64,000 bases of DNA from Phaeosaccion multiseriatum. Taxonomy: Eukaryota > Protista > Ochrophyta, other classes. The stretch is from the NCBI GenBank assembly GCA_965112735.1, contig OZ218958.1:2356001-2420000 (forward strand), given 5' to 3'. The first letter of the stretch is position 1. Every line of letters starts with the position of its first letter. Shown piece by piece: positions 42,624 through 64,000 of the stretch. Below the pieces are notes generated by a model. That model was given only the letters and a program-made list of their open reading frames with translations, had not been told where the DNA came from and ran no database searches. The translations under genes were made by a program, and so were the position numbers.

Positions 42624-43840
42624 ATGTGTGTATGTGTGTGTGTGCGTATGTGTGTGCATGTGTGTGTATGTGCGTGTATGTGTGTGCATGTGTGTATGTG
42701 TGTGTGCGTGTATGTGTGTGTATGTGTGTGCATGTGTGTGTATGTGTGTGTATGTGCGTGCATGTGTGTGTATGTGTGTGTGTGTGTATGAGCGTGTATG
42801 TGTGTGTATGTGCGTGCATGTGCGTGTATGTGTGTGTATGTGCGTGCATGTGTGTGTATGTGTGTGTATGTGCGTGCATGTGTGTGTATGTGTGTGTGTG
42901 TGTGTATGAGCGTGTATGTGTGTGTATGTGCGTGCATGTGCGTGTATGTGTGTGTATGTGCGTGCATGTGTGTGTATGTGTGTGCATGTGTGTGTATGTG
43001 TGTGAGTGCAGGCCAGGCAAGAGGTCTCTCTCTCTCTCTGTCGCCCTCGTCTCGCCTCCTTTTATCTTTCTGCAAATGCGGCGTGCCTGTACGCTTACCT
43101 CCTCCACAAGCCTTGGAGCCGTCCTCCCATCCAGGCCATGGTCATTCATGATTTATGATTTGCTTCGTTGTTGCTTTCCTCCCTCTTCTTGTTGCTTTCC
43201 TTCGTCCTCTTGGGGGGAAAAGGCAGACCCCCCGTCCTCCCCCCAAGATACCATGACTCCCTCCTCAACCTCAACACACTTTCCCCTCCCTCCCTCCCTC
43301 CCTCCCTCCCTACGTCCCTCCCCCCCCCCCCCTTTGTTCTCTCTCCTCTCTCTTCAGGTGGAGGAGAGCAGCTTCGGCAAAGTGCTCTTTGCGGGAGAGG
43401 TGCCGGGCATAGGCACCAAGGTGGCCAACACTATCACCAACGAGGGACAGGGGGTGGTGGTACGTAGTCGCCAAGTGGCGAGGGGCAGGGGGTGGGGGGT
43501 GGGGGGTGGGGGGTGGGAAGTGTGTGCGGAGGGAAGTACAGCAGCAGCAGAGAAATACACAAGAGAGGGACCCATTGCTCTCTCTCTTTCTTTCTTTCTT
43601 TCTTTTGTCATTTCTTTCGTTCTTTCCTTCTTTCGTTCGTTCTTTCTTTCTTTCGCTCTTTCGGTCTTTCTTTCTTTCGTTCTTTCGTTCTTTTGTTCTT
43701 GCTCGGTCCAGCCGGCCCGACGCCGTTCTTACAGTGAAGTGGGCGCCCACCTCTCTCCCCTCCCTTCCTCCCTGTATATCACCAACTCTCTTACTGTGCC
43801 TCAGTTTGTGGACTACGAAGACTTCGAGAAGGAGCTCTAA
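40484..43840 (+). CDS. Two-domain glyoxalase I/VOC-family protein with plastid + thylakoid-lumen (Tat) targeting sequence
   Basis: Approximate exons: 40484-40960, 41241-41557, 41767-41902, 42287-42433, 43358-43459, 43805-43840. Motifs: HAVVQVSDMDATVKFWTEGLGMKVIR..VFVAYGPE..FSLELVY..PDGIRVRV..KYFKDTLGMK..LGYG..VPGIGTKV..FVDYEDFEKEL*. Confidence 0.87.
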
Positions 43841-44266
43841 ATCTAAGGTGGAGCAGTTTCCGTTTCAGTTTTGAGGTTCGGTCGGATTCGATTTGGCCTG
43901 CCTCCCTAGCCTGTGGCTCGAAGTGACCTTCTCACGTGACCTCACCCCGGCTGCGTGATAGTGTGCGAGCGGTGGAGGAGGCCGTAGGTGGGGGGGGAGG
44001 GGGGGACCCTTCTTGTCGAGTGGCCCCCAGGACAACAGCTCGGCAGAACGGCACACACACACACACACCCCCACACACACTCGGCTCTCATGGCGTGGGG
44101 AGGGAGGGAGGGAGCGAGGCTCAAGGTCGTAAGTAGTGTGGGATTGTTGTATGTGCGGATTTGTTGCATTTGCGCCCCCATATTTAATTTTGTTCCCTTT
44201 ACATGTACGCGTACGAGATGAGCTTCGCAATGTTGTTCTTCATGGAGTGAGTGAGTGAGTGACACA

Positions 44267-44308
<42 letters not shown>

Positions 44309-44388
44309 CTTGAGTGAGAGAGAAAGAGAGATTTTCTAAGAGTCGACATTGTGATGACCTATGCCACAGTCTGTGCATGAAGGCGAGG

Positions 44389-45573
44389 TTACGTGGCGAC
44401 AGAGGTTGCAGTTGGTGATACAGCAGCAGCAACAGCATCTATGGTGGCTCCTCTCCGCCTGCACCTCCGCAACAGAGTCTGGACAGAGCGGTACTCCTCC
44501 CATCGCCGCTCCTCAGCCCCTGCCCCTGTCGCTACCCCTGCCGCCGCTGTCAATCCTCCTCCTCCTCCTACTCCTCCCCCTCCTCCTCCTCGTCCTCCTC
44601 CTCCTCCTCCTCCTTCCGCCTCCTCCCAATCCACCGCCGTGGGAGTGACCAGCAGGAGCCGCGACACCCTCCGCCTGACCTGGTCCAGCACTTGGACAGA
44701 TCCGTCCACGTGCAGCTGGGGGCTGAGTTGCGTGATGACCGCCACCACCCCTATGCTCGTGGAGGTCATCAACAGTCGATGCGGTTCCGTCACGTACACC
44801 TCTGAAGGACCACCACCGCCATCTCCTCCTCCTCCTCCTCCTCCTCCTCCCTTTGCATCTCCAGCGGACACTGCGTCTGGTGAAGGTAGTGGCCTGCGCT
44901 TGGCTGCTGTAATCCCTGCCTGTGCTGCCCGCTCGTGGACCATCTTCTCCTCCTCGTCCGAGCTGACGGAGGCGATGAGAATCACGTCCCCAATCTCCTT
45001 GAGGAGGAGAAGCACCTCTCTTGCACCGGGGAGCAGCTCCCAATCCGGGCTGAAAATGATCTGCCGAGTCAGTGGTTTGAGTCCGAATACCAGTACACAC
45101 AACAAGACAACAGAAAGAGCAAGAACCAGAGAGGAGTGGTAATGTTGGGGAGGAGGTTGAGTGAGTAAGTGAGTGAGTGAGTGAGTGAGACGGCTCTATG
45201 GGGAGGGGGGGGGGGTAGGCAAAGAAAGCTTGACGGAAGACAGGGAGGGACAGTTCAGTGAGCCTGGCCCAGTATAGAACCCCTACGGATCCATCACCTC
45301 ATTCAGCATCACGGTGAAGATCCGTCTGCGCTCCAGCCCCAGCATTTCTTGCAGGCCCTTGGCGGCTGCAGAGAGGGGGGGAAGTATCCTTTCGCTATTC
45401 GCGCCCTTTCCTCCAGTCGCAGCGGATGTCGTTCCTGTCGTTGTTCTCCCACCCCCCTCTCTCCTCTGGGCCTCGCCCCCCTCTCCTGAGAGTAGCATCG
45501 TGATGACTAACACCGCTATCAAGACAGCTACCCATGGCGAGATAAGAGAATCCTCATATCCAATCAGACTCAT
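44389..45573 (-). CDS. PEX22: PEX22-like peroxisomal membrane anchor
   Basis: Approximate exons: 45573-45298 and 45060-44389. N-terminal TM segment (WVAVLIAVLVITMLL), then DVILIASVSSDEEEKMV..HRLLMTSTSIGVVAVITQLSPQLHVDGS, resembling the plant PEX22 C-terminal motif (..STEIG..VRQLEP.WHID) from recall. Confidence 0.68.
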
Positions 45574-45905
45574 TGTGAATCGTTATCTACCAATCTTGCC
45601 GCTCAACCCTCTATTGATAATATTCAACACGATCTCATCCGAGCCCGAGTGGCCGAGTGCAGTTTTTGCCTCCCGTGTTGGTAATCTGATTCACAGATGG
45701 CTTTAAAACTCCTGAAACAAAAAAAAACAAATGTAAAGACATTGTGAAGGGATGCCCGTACGAGCGTGGCGAGGACGACGACGACCAGGGAATAGGGTAC
45801 AAGAGAGAGGATGTGATGGAAAGGATTTAAGCAAGTGGGCACTTAGAATTGTCTTAGAAGGAGGGAGGGAAGCTGAGGAGGAGATGGCATGGCTGGCTTC
45901 AAACG

Positions 45906-55710
<9,805 letters not shown>

Positions 55711-56210
55711 TGAGCGGCGAGTGGAGAGGGTGGGACGGAGGGACGGAGGGAGGGAGGGAGGGACGGACGGACGGACGGAGGGACGAAGGCAACGGTACTG
55801 CGTCTCCTGCCGAGAGGGAGGCGGAAGAGGGACTGCAGGAGTCTTTCTTTACAGTTTTTGAGACGTACAAACGTAAGGATCGTTACGTACGTATGTACGT
55901 AAGGCTTGGGATTAGTTAAGGGTACGTTGCATGAGGCTCGTACTGTGCTGCCCCGAGCGCTCATCGCCGGGCAGGGCTGTGATGTACCTACGTACCTACT
56001 TACGTATGTCTACTTAAGTATGTCTTACGGGCTCCACCTGGGGGAGTTAGCGACTGACCGACGGGACTGAGATATTATCTCCGGCAGGAAGGAGGCGGGG
56101 GCGGTTACAAAGAGGGGAGGCGGTTACAGAAAGGGGAAGGCGCCGTAGAAATGTTAATAGTGGAGGGGAGGGATAGAGGAGAGAAATACGAGAGGCGAGA
56201 GGAGAGAAAG

Positions 56211-56244
<34 letters not shown>

Positions 56245-56249
56245 TACAA

Positions 56250-56280
<31 letters not shown>

Positions 56281-57797
56281 GCGAGAGGAGAGAGAAGAGA
56301 GAAGAGAGGATAGAAAAGAGAAGAAGAGAGGGGAGAGAAGAGAAGAAGAGAGGAGAGAGGTTTGCACATGCACACGCACCCCTTGTGCATTGCAGACGGA
56401 GCCTTCTGCTTCCCTTTCCCCTCGCGTTGGTGCATCACACCCGCAGAAAAGGTTCACTTCTACTCCTTTAAAATATATGCCTACTAATAATTAAATATGC
56501 CACCAATGTGTGCAGTATGTACGTAAGGTACGGACACGTGACAATGGTCGGAGGAGTACGATAGAGTAGAGCGAAGAGGGTGAGAAGGCACCTTTTACAC
56601 CGCTCCGCTGCCGCACTGCACAGTAGTGACAACACGGAGCCCCCACCGGGAGGGGAGGGATGGAAACATACATACACATATATTTTTGTTGGGGATATAT
56701 TCTATTAATTAGTATATTTTTCATTTTTTACTTCGAAGTAGAAAAATAAAATTACGATGTTCGATGTGTAGCTGCGGAGAGACAGATTGGGCTTGTGTGT
56801 TGCTGATGGAGAATGTTCACATGCTATTGTACTCAGCGGAGACACAATCCTCCCTTCCTCCCTCCCTCCTTCCCTCCTTCTTTCGGTCCTTCGGTCCTTC
56901 ATTCCTTCCGTGGGTGTGTACTGCCCCGACATACCGCACATACACCGGTCAATCACACACTCAAGCTCTGCAGAACGTTCTTGTAGTCTCGCAGATGAAT
57001 CTCAGATCATTCAGATCACCAACACACGTTGGATATCACGTTGAGCCCCCGCCTGCCCCCCCGCCCCCCCCATATGCTTCTCACCAGCGCCCCTAACCCT
57101 AACCCTTTCGCCTCGCTCCTCGCTAGGCGGCCTTCCACTCTCTCTACGCCTCAACTCACCCCACACACGAATGACTACTTACTACTTCTACAACGACTAG
57201 TACTACAACACTACAACTACTACTACACGCCACACACCTTGCTTGCCCCACCTCGACTCACACACCCGTCGAATGACGCGTATCACACATCCCCCCCCCC
57301 CACTGCCACGCGTCACGGACTCCAGACTATAGAGCCCATCTCACGCTGCTCCTCACCTCATCTCACTGACGTCACACCGGCAGCTGTCCAGCAGCCGCCC
57401 AGCAGGGGCAGCAGTGTAGCAATTGGTGATACGGTGAGAGGGGCGCCCCTTTCTCTCTCTCTCTCTCTCTCTCTCTATGCGTTGCCCTGCCCTGTGGCTG
57501 CCACAGTTGATGAAGGGCCTAGACTTCACATGCCCTTCAGTACTGTACAAGGGCAGCGGCAGCAGTGCGGCAACACCCTCCCCTCTCCCCTCTCCCCTCT
57601 GCGCTCTGTCGACAGATGGCCGACCGACTGACAGAGTCGAGGAGAGGGAATGCCGGCGAGGACGGGCAATGCTCCGCGCGCCCATCGCCGGCCCTCGCAG
57701 AACGTTCTCTCTCCGCTCTCCGCCCATGAATTCGACAAATGTATCGCCTTGGTTCTGCTCCTGCTCTGCCTCCTCCTCCTCCTGCTGCTGCTGCTGT

Positions 57798-57834
<37 letters not shown>

Positions 57835-58428
57835 CCTCTTCCTCCCCTTCTCGGTTCCTTCATTAAAATGTCACACAAACGGAAGAGAAAAGGCTCTCCA
57901 TCCCATCAATAACGCTTCCTTCCTTCCTCCCTTCCTTCCTTCTCGGTGGTAAGCTTAGAAGGCGTTGGGCCGTCCATTTGCCCACTTGTCCACTTTGCCC
58001 ATTTGGTCGTTCTCATCATCACCTCATCATCATACACATATAAAAGTACACATAGATAATAATCAGTCGAGTCATCCAATCCAGTCCAAAACCGTTCCAA
58101 GTCCTTCCTCTTCCTGACTCTCTCCCCCACCCACTCCCTCCTCCCCCTCCCGCTCTCTGCTCTCTCTCTCTCTCTGCCCCTCTCCTTGCTGCCCCACTGC
58201 CGCGCTACCCTCTGCCCTGTACTGTCTTCCCTTTGTCTTTTGCCCCGACCGTCGCTCTCCAGTGGCCGACCAAAAATACGCCGAAGGACGTTACAGAAAC
58301 ACGCAAGATACAGAGGGCGCAGGCCACGAACCGAGAAAGAGAACCAACATGTCTCAACCTAAACACATGGCCCCTCTCTCCTCCCCTCTCCGTTTTGTCT
58401 TGTCTCCTGACTGCTGCCTTTCACGCCT

Positions 58429-58464
<36 letters not shown>

Positions 58465-58691
58465 GCACACACACTTCTCCCCTCAACTCTTCTGTCGCCA
58501 CATCCGCTATATCACGCCTCTTTCTCTCTCTTGTTCCCCACTTAGCGCTCTCCTCAGTGCTATTGGGCATCACATTGGGCATCCATCGGGCCTACTGATC
58601 CGACCCGACCCGACCCAATCTGATCCGTTGGGAGGGGCCGACCGCCCCCTTGGCTCCTCCCATTCTCTCATTGTGCTAACAACGACTTGAC

Positions 58692-58715
58692 TCATGACGA
58701 GCCAGGGGCTGCCTG

Positions 58716-58750
<35 letters not shown>

Positions 58751-59290
58751 GCTGTATCACGAACTGCTGATGCTGCTGCTGTTGCTGATGCTGCTGTGGC
58801 TGAGAGGGCGGGCGGAAAGGGCCGAATGCCGACGAAGGCTGCATGGGCATGGCGACAGTGCCTCCCCCTCCTCCCCCATCCATTGCCATCCCTCCCCCCC
58901 CATCCAGTACCATCCCTCCTCCTCCTCCTCCTCCTCCTCCTCCCCCAAAGCGCCCTCCTTCATGAGGAGGCAGTGGGGTCGCCGCATGTGGGTGCGTGTG
59001 TCCCATCTGATGGCCCTGACCGCCTCCCATCCCCATCCCCATCCCTCGATGGTGATGCTGTTGATGATGATGATGATCGTGTGTCATGTGTCCGTATTGG
59101 TCCTCCGCATGAGGCCCTCCTCCGTACATGTCTGCCATCTGTGACGTCCCTCCTCCTCCTCCTCCTCCTCCAGCCCCATACTCTGCATACTCCCCATACT
59201 CCCATGGCTGCTGCTGCTGCACCAATAACTGCTGCTGCTGGAGTTGCTGATACTGATGCTGTTGCTGCTGGTACTGCTGTTGCTGGTACA

Positions 59291-59321
<31 letters not shown>

Positions 59322-61563
59322 GTGTTGGTGATGCTGCTGCTGATGGTAACTACGTTGGTGATGCTGCTGCTGAGCTGAAGCCTTGTGCCGTCCGCCGCTC
59401 GAGTGCTTGTGCTGCTTCACATGGTAATGCTGCTGCTGCCTCTGCGCCGGAAACCCCCCGCCTCCTCGTCCTCCACCCCCTCCTGTACCAGCATCGCCTC
59501 TGCCCTTCCCAAGATGCTGCCCCTCCCCCCCCACCCCCCCGCCTTCCCCTCCTCCTCCAGCAACACCGGCAGCGGCTGCCAATGCACCCACTAGGTGGTT
59601 ACCATAGCTCCTCTCAAAGGCCGCTTGTTGATGAGCATCTGCAGCCCTGGTGGAAGGGTCTCCCAGAGTCGCGCCCTCGGGAATAAACACCACAGTACCC
59701 CCCCCCGGGACACCCATTGTCAAGGGCACCCTTCTTCCTTCATGTAAGACCCCTCCTCCTCCTCCTCCTCCTCCTCCTCCTCCTCCTCCTCCTTGGAGAC
59801 GAGCTTGCTGGGCTTGTTGTTGTTGTTGTTGCTGTTGTTGCTGTTGTTGCTGTTGTTGTTGTTGGGGTTGTTGCTGTTGTTGTTGTTGTTGTTGTTGTTG
59901 TGGTTGTTGTTGTTGTGGTTGTTGTGGTTGTTGTTGTTGTTGCCCCATCATCATGCTGTGCTGGTTGTGGTTGTGGTGGTGGTGGTGGTGGTGGTTACCG
60001 TTGCCGTGATTGCTGTACCCTCCTCCTCCCCTCCCCGCCCCCCCCCTATACCCACTACTGCCACCCATAGCTCCACTCCTCTTGCCGCCCCTCTTGTCCT
60101 TGAAGAATGCCCCGCTGCTTCCGTTAAAGTTCCCGTGACCAGTACCGTTGCGGTCCCCCCCTGGGTTCGTCCCTCCGCTGCCATCTCTGCCCTCCTTGTC
60201 CCCCCGGGGTCCTCTCGACCACTGCACCGTGAGCGTCGCCCCTCGCACCTGACATGGAAGAGGGGAGGGGAGGGGAGGGGAGGGGAGGGGAGGGGAGGGG
60301 AAGGGAGAGGGGAGGGGAGGGGAGGGGAGAGGGGAGGGGAGGGGAGGGGAGGGGAGGGGAGGGGAGGGGAGGGGAGGGGAGGGGAGGGGAGGGGAGGGGA
60401 GGGGAGGGGAGAGGAGAGGAGAGGAGAGGGGCGAAGGGGGGTGGGGGGGGGGGTTGTAAGGTGTGGGTGATGGTGAGTGTGGGCAGGGCAGAGCAGAGGC
60501 ATATGGGCAAAGCAGAGCAAACACAAAAACAGTAACAGCAACAGCAGCAACAAGAATGACGACGACTACGACAACAGTAGACAAATTCACAAAGAACGTT
60601 CGTAGCTGGCAGGCCACTCATCCTTCTAATTTGCTTTGTCGAGACCAAATTCCACACCCATTCCTTTGTCACCACCCCACTCACTCACTCACTCACTCAC
60701 TCACTGACTCGCCCACTCACTCACTCACTCACCCACTCACTCCTTCAGTCACTCACTCACTCACTCACTCACCCACTCACTCCTTCACTCAACCACTCAC
60801 TCCTTCACTCACCCACTCACTCCTTCACTCACTCACTCACTCACTCACCCACTCACCCACTCACTCCCTCCCTCCCTCCCTCACTCCCTCCCTCACTCAC
60901 CTGATGTACTTTTGTATCCGCGGTGATGGCGGCGAGGGCAGAGTCCGCACTAACGAACTTGACAAAGCCGAAGCCCCTCTGCCTCTGCGTGCGGCCATCT
61001 CTGTTGATGCTGACATGGTGAATCTTGCCGTACTGATCAAAGTGGTTCCACAACTCCGTCTCGTTGATGTCAGGCTCTACTTCACGCAGACCGCCCACGA
61101 ATATCTCCTTCTCGTTGGCTGGCACCTGGTTGGTAACCTGAGTAGCAGGAAAGGAGAGAGGGAGGGGTGTGTTGTGTTGGGAGGGAGAGAGGGAGAGGAG
61201 TGAGGGAGGGAAAGAGGGAGAGGAGCGAGGGAGGAAGAGAGGGAGAGAGAGAGAGGGAGGGAGAGAGCGAGGGGAGTGAGGGAGGGAGTGGTGGATGGTT
61301 GGTGTATGCATGCGTGTGAGTGAGCGTGGGTGGGTAGGTGTGTTGTGGGTTGCAAGGAGAGAGAGGCAGAGGACGGATCATCCACCCGTCTATCTATCCC
61401 ACTCTCTCTCTCTGTGTGTGTGCGTGTGTGGGCCCCGCCCCACCCCAACCTTATCCCGCCCTACCGCACCGTACCTTAGCGACAGCGTCCAGGAGATCTT
61501 CGCCATCTTCTGCGCCGCCCCGCGGGGTGGGGACGTCACCGGATCTGCGCTGCTGCATCACCA

Positions 61564-61605
<42 letters not shown>

Positions 61606-62202
61606 GCCCTGGGGAGACGGAGGGAGACGAACTAGACTGCCGAAAGCCTCTCGCCTGGCCTTGGCCCGGACCCTGACCCTGCTGACCTTGAGCCTGGCCC
61701 TGACGCTGACCCTGCTGCTGCTGTATCACCAACTGCTGCGGCTGAGGGAAGTGCTGCCTGCGTTGCTGGTCCTGAGGGGGGCGTTCCTGCTGTGGCGGGG
61801 CCTGTTGGTATTGCTGCTGTAGCACCAACTGCTGCTGATGCTGCTGCCGGTGGGGCTGCTGCTGCTCCTGCTGCTCCTGCTGCTGCTGGTGGTGGTTTGG
61901 TTGTTGGTGGGGGCGATACGCCCCTTCCTGCGTGGGCGTGCTGCTTTTGCTCCCAAGCCTCTCCTTGCTGCCTCCTCCTACTCCCCCTCCTCCTCCGACT
62001 GTGACCGGAGAGGGCCGAATGGGCAGAGTGGGCTGCGGGGACTGCGAACAAGACAGCCCCCCCACACCAACACCAGCACCAACACCGCCAGCGCCCCCCC
62101 CTGGAGACTCCGACGGCGGCTGCTTGGAGAGAGACACGATGGTTCCCGGGGGGGGAGTCGCAAAGCCGCGGATGGTGCCCACCGGGGGAGTGGAGTAGCC
62201 TC

Positions 62203-62250
<48 letters not shown>

Positions 62251-62531
62251 CCGCCGAAGGAGCCAGCGAAGACATAGAAGAGAGGTCTGCGGAGGCAGAG
62301 GACGGGCGCCGGTGCTGCTGCACGTATGGCTCCTGATGCATCCCCAAATGCTGCTGCTGTATCACCTGCTGCTGCTGCTGCTCTTGCTCTTGCTGCTGCT
62401 GTGTCACCAACTGCTGCTGCTGCTGCTGCCCTTGTTGCCATGCGAGCTGCTGCTGGGGTGGCGTCGGGCAGTAGCGCTCTTCTCCTCCTGCTCCCTGTCC
62501 TTCCGCTGGTCCTTGCTGCTGTTGCTGCTGT

Positions 62532-62574
<43 letters not shown>

Positions 62575-63841
62575 GCACGAAAGGAGGAAGGTCCCGGCTG
62601 CCGCCGCCGCCGACGCTGCCCCTGCGAGTGTGGCGGATAGGTCCACTGCCCTCCCCCACCCCGCCCACCCCTCCCATCCCGGCCAGCATAAAGGGGGTGG
62701 TGCTGTGCGGTCGCCTCTCGAGGCGCTCCTGCTCCTGCTGGGCTTGCTGGTTGGCTGCTGCCTCCCGTTGTTGGATGCTCCACCACTCATCCCCCCCCCA
62801 CTCCTCCTGCTGCTGCTGCTGCTGCCGGCGGGGTGGGGGAATGTCGGTGTCGTAGAGAGGGGCTCTTCCTTTGACGCCGGCGGCTCCGGTCCCTGCCCCT
62901 GCGGTGAGGGGTGCGTTGCCACCTCCTAGTCCTCCTCCTCCTCCTCCTCCTGCTGCTGCTGCTGTCTTACTGGAAGGGAAGATGGGCCCCGACGACCACT
63001 CTCTCGAGACATAGACTTGCTGCTGTCGCTGTGGCTGGTCGTGTTGGTCGTCGCGTTGTTGGTGCTGTAGCGCATGTTGCTGCTGCTGCTGCTGGATGAT
63101 CGACTGCTCCGGGTGCTGCGGCTCCGGCGACGTGAGAGTGAATTCCTCGAGCAGAGGAGACGTGCGGTGACTGCGAGTACCGGAGCTTCCCCCCCCCTCC
63201 GAAAGCGTAATGGGGCCGGAGTTGGAGTTGAGGCCGGGGCTGCCACTGTAGTCAGACGAGAGCCGCGAAGTGCGTGATGTAGAGGTGGTGAGGTTGAGCG
63301 TGGCCAGCATCTCCGACACATTGTCGCCGCTCTGCCTCCTCGGGTACGGCCCCTCTTGTTCCTCCAGATCTCCTTGCATCGGCAGTGGTGGCGACCTCTG
63401 CTGCTGCTGCTGCTGTTGCTGCCGCTGCTGCTGCTGCTGCTGCTGCTGCTCATCGTCGGCTTGAGGTAGCGGAGAGGGTGCCAGCACAGTAAAGGAAGGC
63501 GACGCTCCTGTTCCCGTGTGTGGGCCCAACCCCTTCCCAGCAGGAGAGGACCCTACGGGAGCACCCATCGCAGCCGCGGCGGGCTTGCCGACCGGGCCGA
63601 ATGAGCTCGTCCTGCTCTTACAGTCACGCTCTTGCCGCATGCGCAAAGGCGGCCCATCCAGAGACTGCCACTGGGCGTGCTGCGGCTCTAGCGGTGGGGC
63701 ATCTGATGCACTCATGCCCCCGTCCCCTTCTATGAACATGTTTGACGCTCTGCGGCCGGGCTGCCGCGACGACGGGATGCTGCCTCCCCCGGATCCGTTT
63801 TGTCCCCGGCCGCAAAACCTTTCTTCGCGTCTACCTTCCAA
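58692..63841 (-). CDS. RRM-domain RNA-binding protein with extensive polyQ/polyG/His low-complexity regions; start uncertain
   Basis: Approximate exons: 63841(?)-61474, 61137-60901, 60248-58692. RNP2 KEIFVGGL and RNP1 RGFGFVKF are present, with the last beta strand VRGATLTVQWSR in the next exon. Confidence 0.82.
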
Positions 63842-64000
63842 CCACCTCTCTGAAGAGCGCCAACGCCAGACACCGCCGCCTTACTATGTGTCTGTTGTCT
63901 GGCTCCCTTCAGCAAGCTGCTGAAGCCTGGGCAAAAAATGCACCCCCCTTTCTAAAGTAGGATCGACGACAGGGTCTGGTTAATTTCTGTAGCGTGAGAA

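Noticed and set aside
57091-57106. CCCTAACCCTAACCCT telomere-like sequence
   Set aside because: Under three units; too short to call an interstitial telomere in such a repeat-rich sequence.
57350-57880. Possible extra minus-strand exon (polyQ/E stretch) downstream of the RRM gene
   Set aside because: Low complexity, no recognisable domain and no convincing splice junction linking it to the gene.

Overview
This is eukaryotic nuclear DNA, most likely from a photosynthetic stramenopile (ochrophyte). Two genes carry signal peptide + Phe + transit peptide presequences, introns are GT-AG, and the sequence is saturated with microsatellites. Most ORFs in the supplied track are repeat artefacts; the real genes are spliced. 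Manual exon reconstruction gives, in order: a 5'-truncated three-repeat MYB transcription factor; an intronless ankyrin-BTB gene (copy A, with a nonsense mutation); a large cNMP-binding + split-RGS protein; a MOK/RAGE-type kinase; a plastid metallo-beta-lactamase-fold protein; a histidine phosphatase; a degraded FNIP-repeat pseudogene; two more tandem ankyrin-BTB genes (B and C); a thylakoid-lumen-targeted glyoxalase/VOC protein; a PEX22-like gene; a long coiled-coil protein; and a polyQ RRM protein. The strongest novelty candidate is the ankyrin-BTB family. Its scaffold is nearly identical across copies, but substitutions cluster at the target-binding (DARPin-like) positions, and it sits next to an FNIP/LRR pseudogene. 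This suggests a diversifying ubiquitin-ligase recognition repertoire, possibly for defence or of viral origin. A second candidate is a short dispersed motif, CAG-TTGGTGATA-CAG, seen about 30 times in exons (different frames and strands) and in introns. All exon coordinates and family assignments are by eye; no database search was run.
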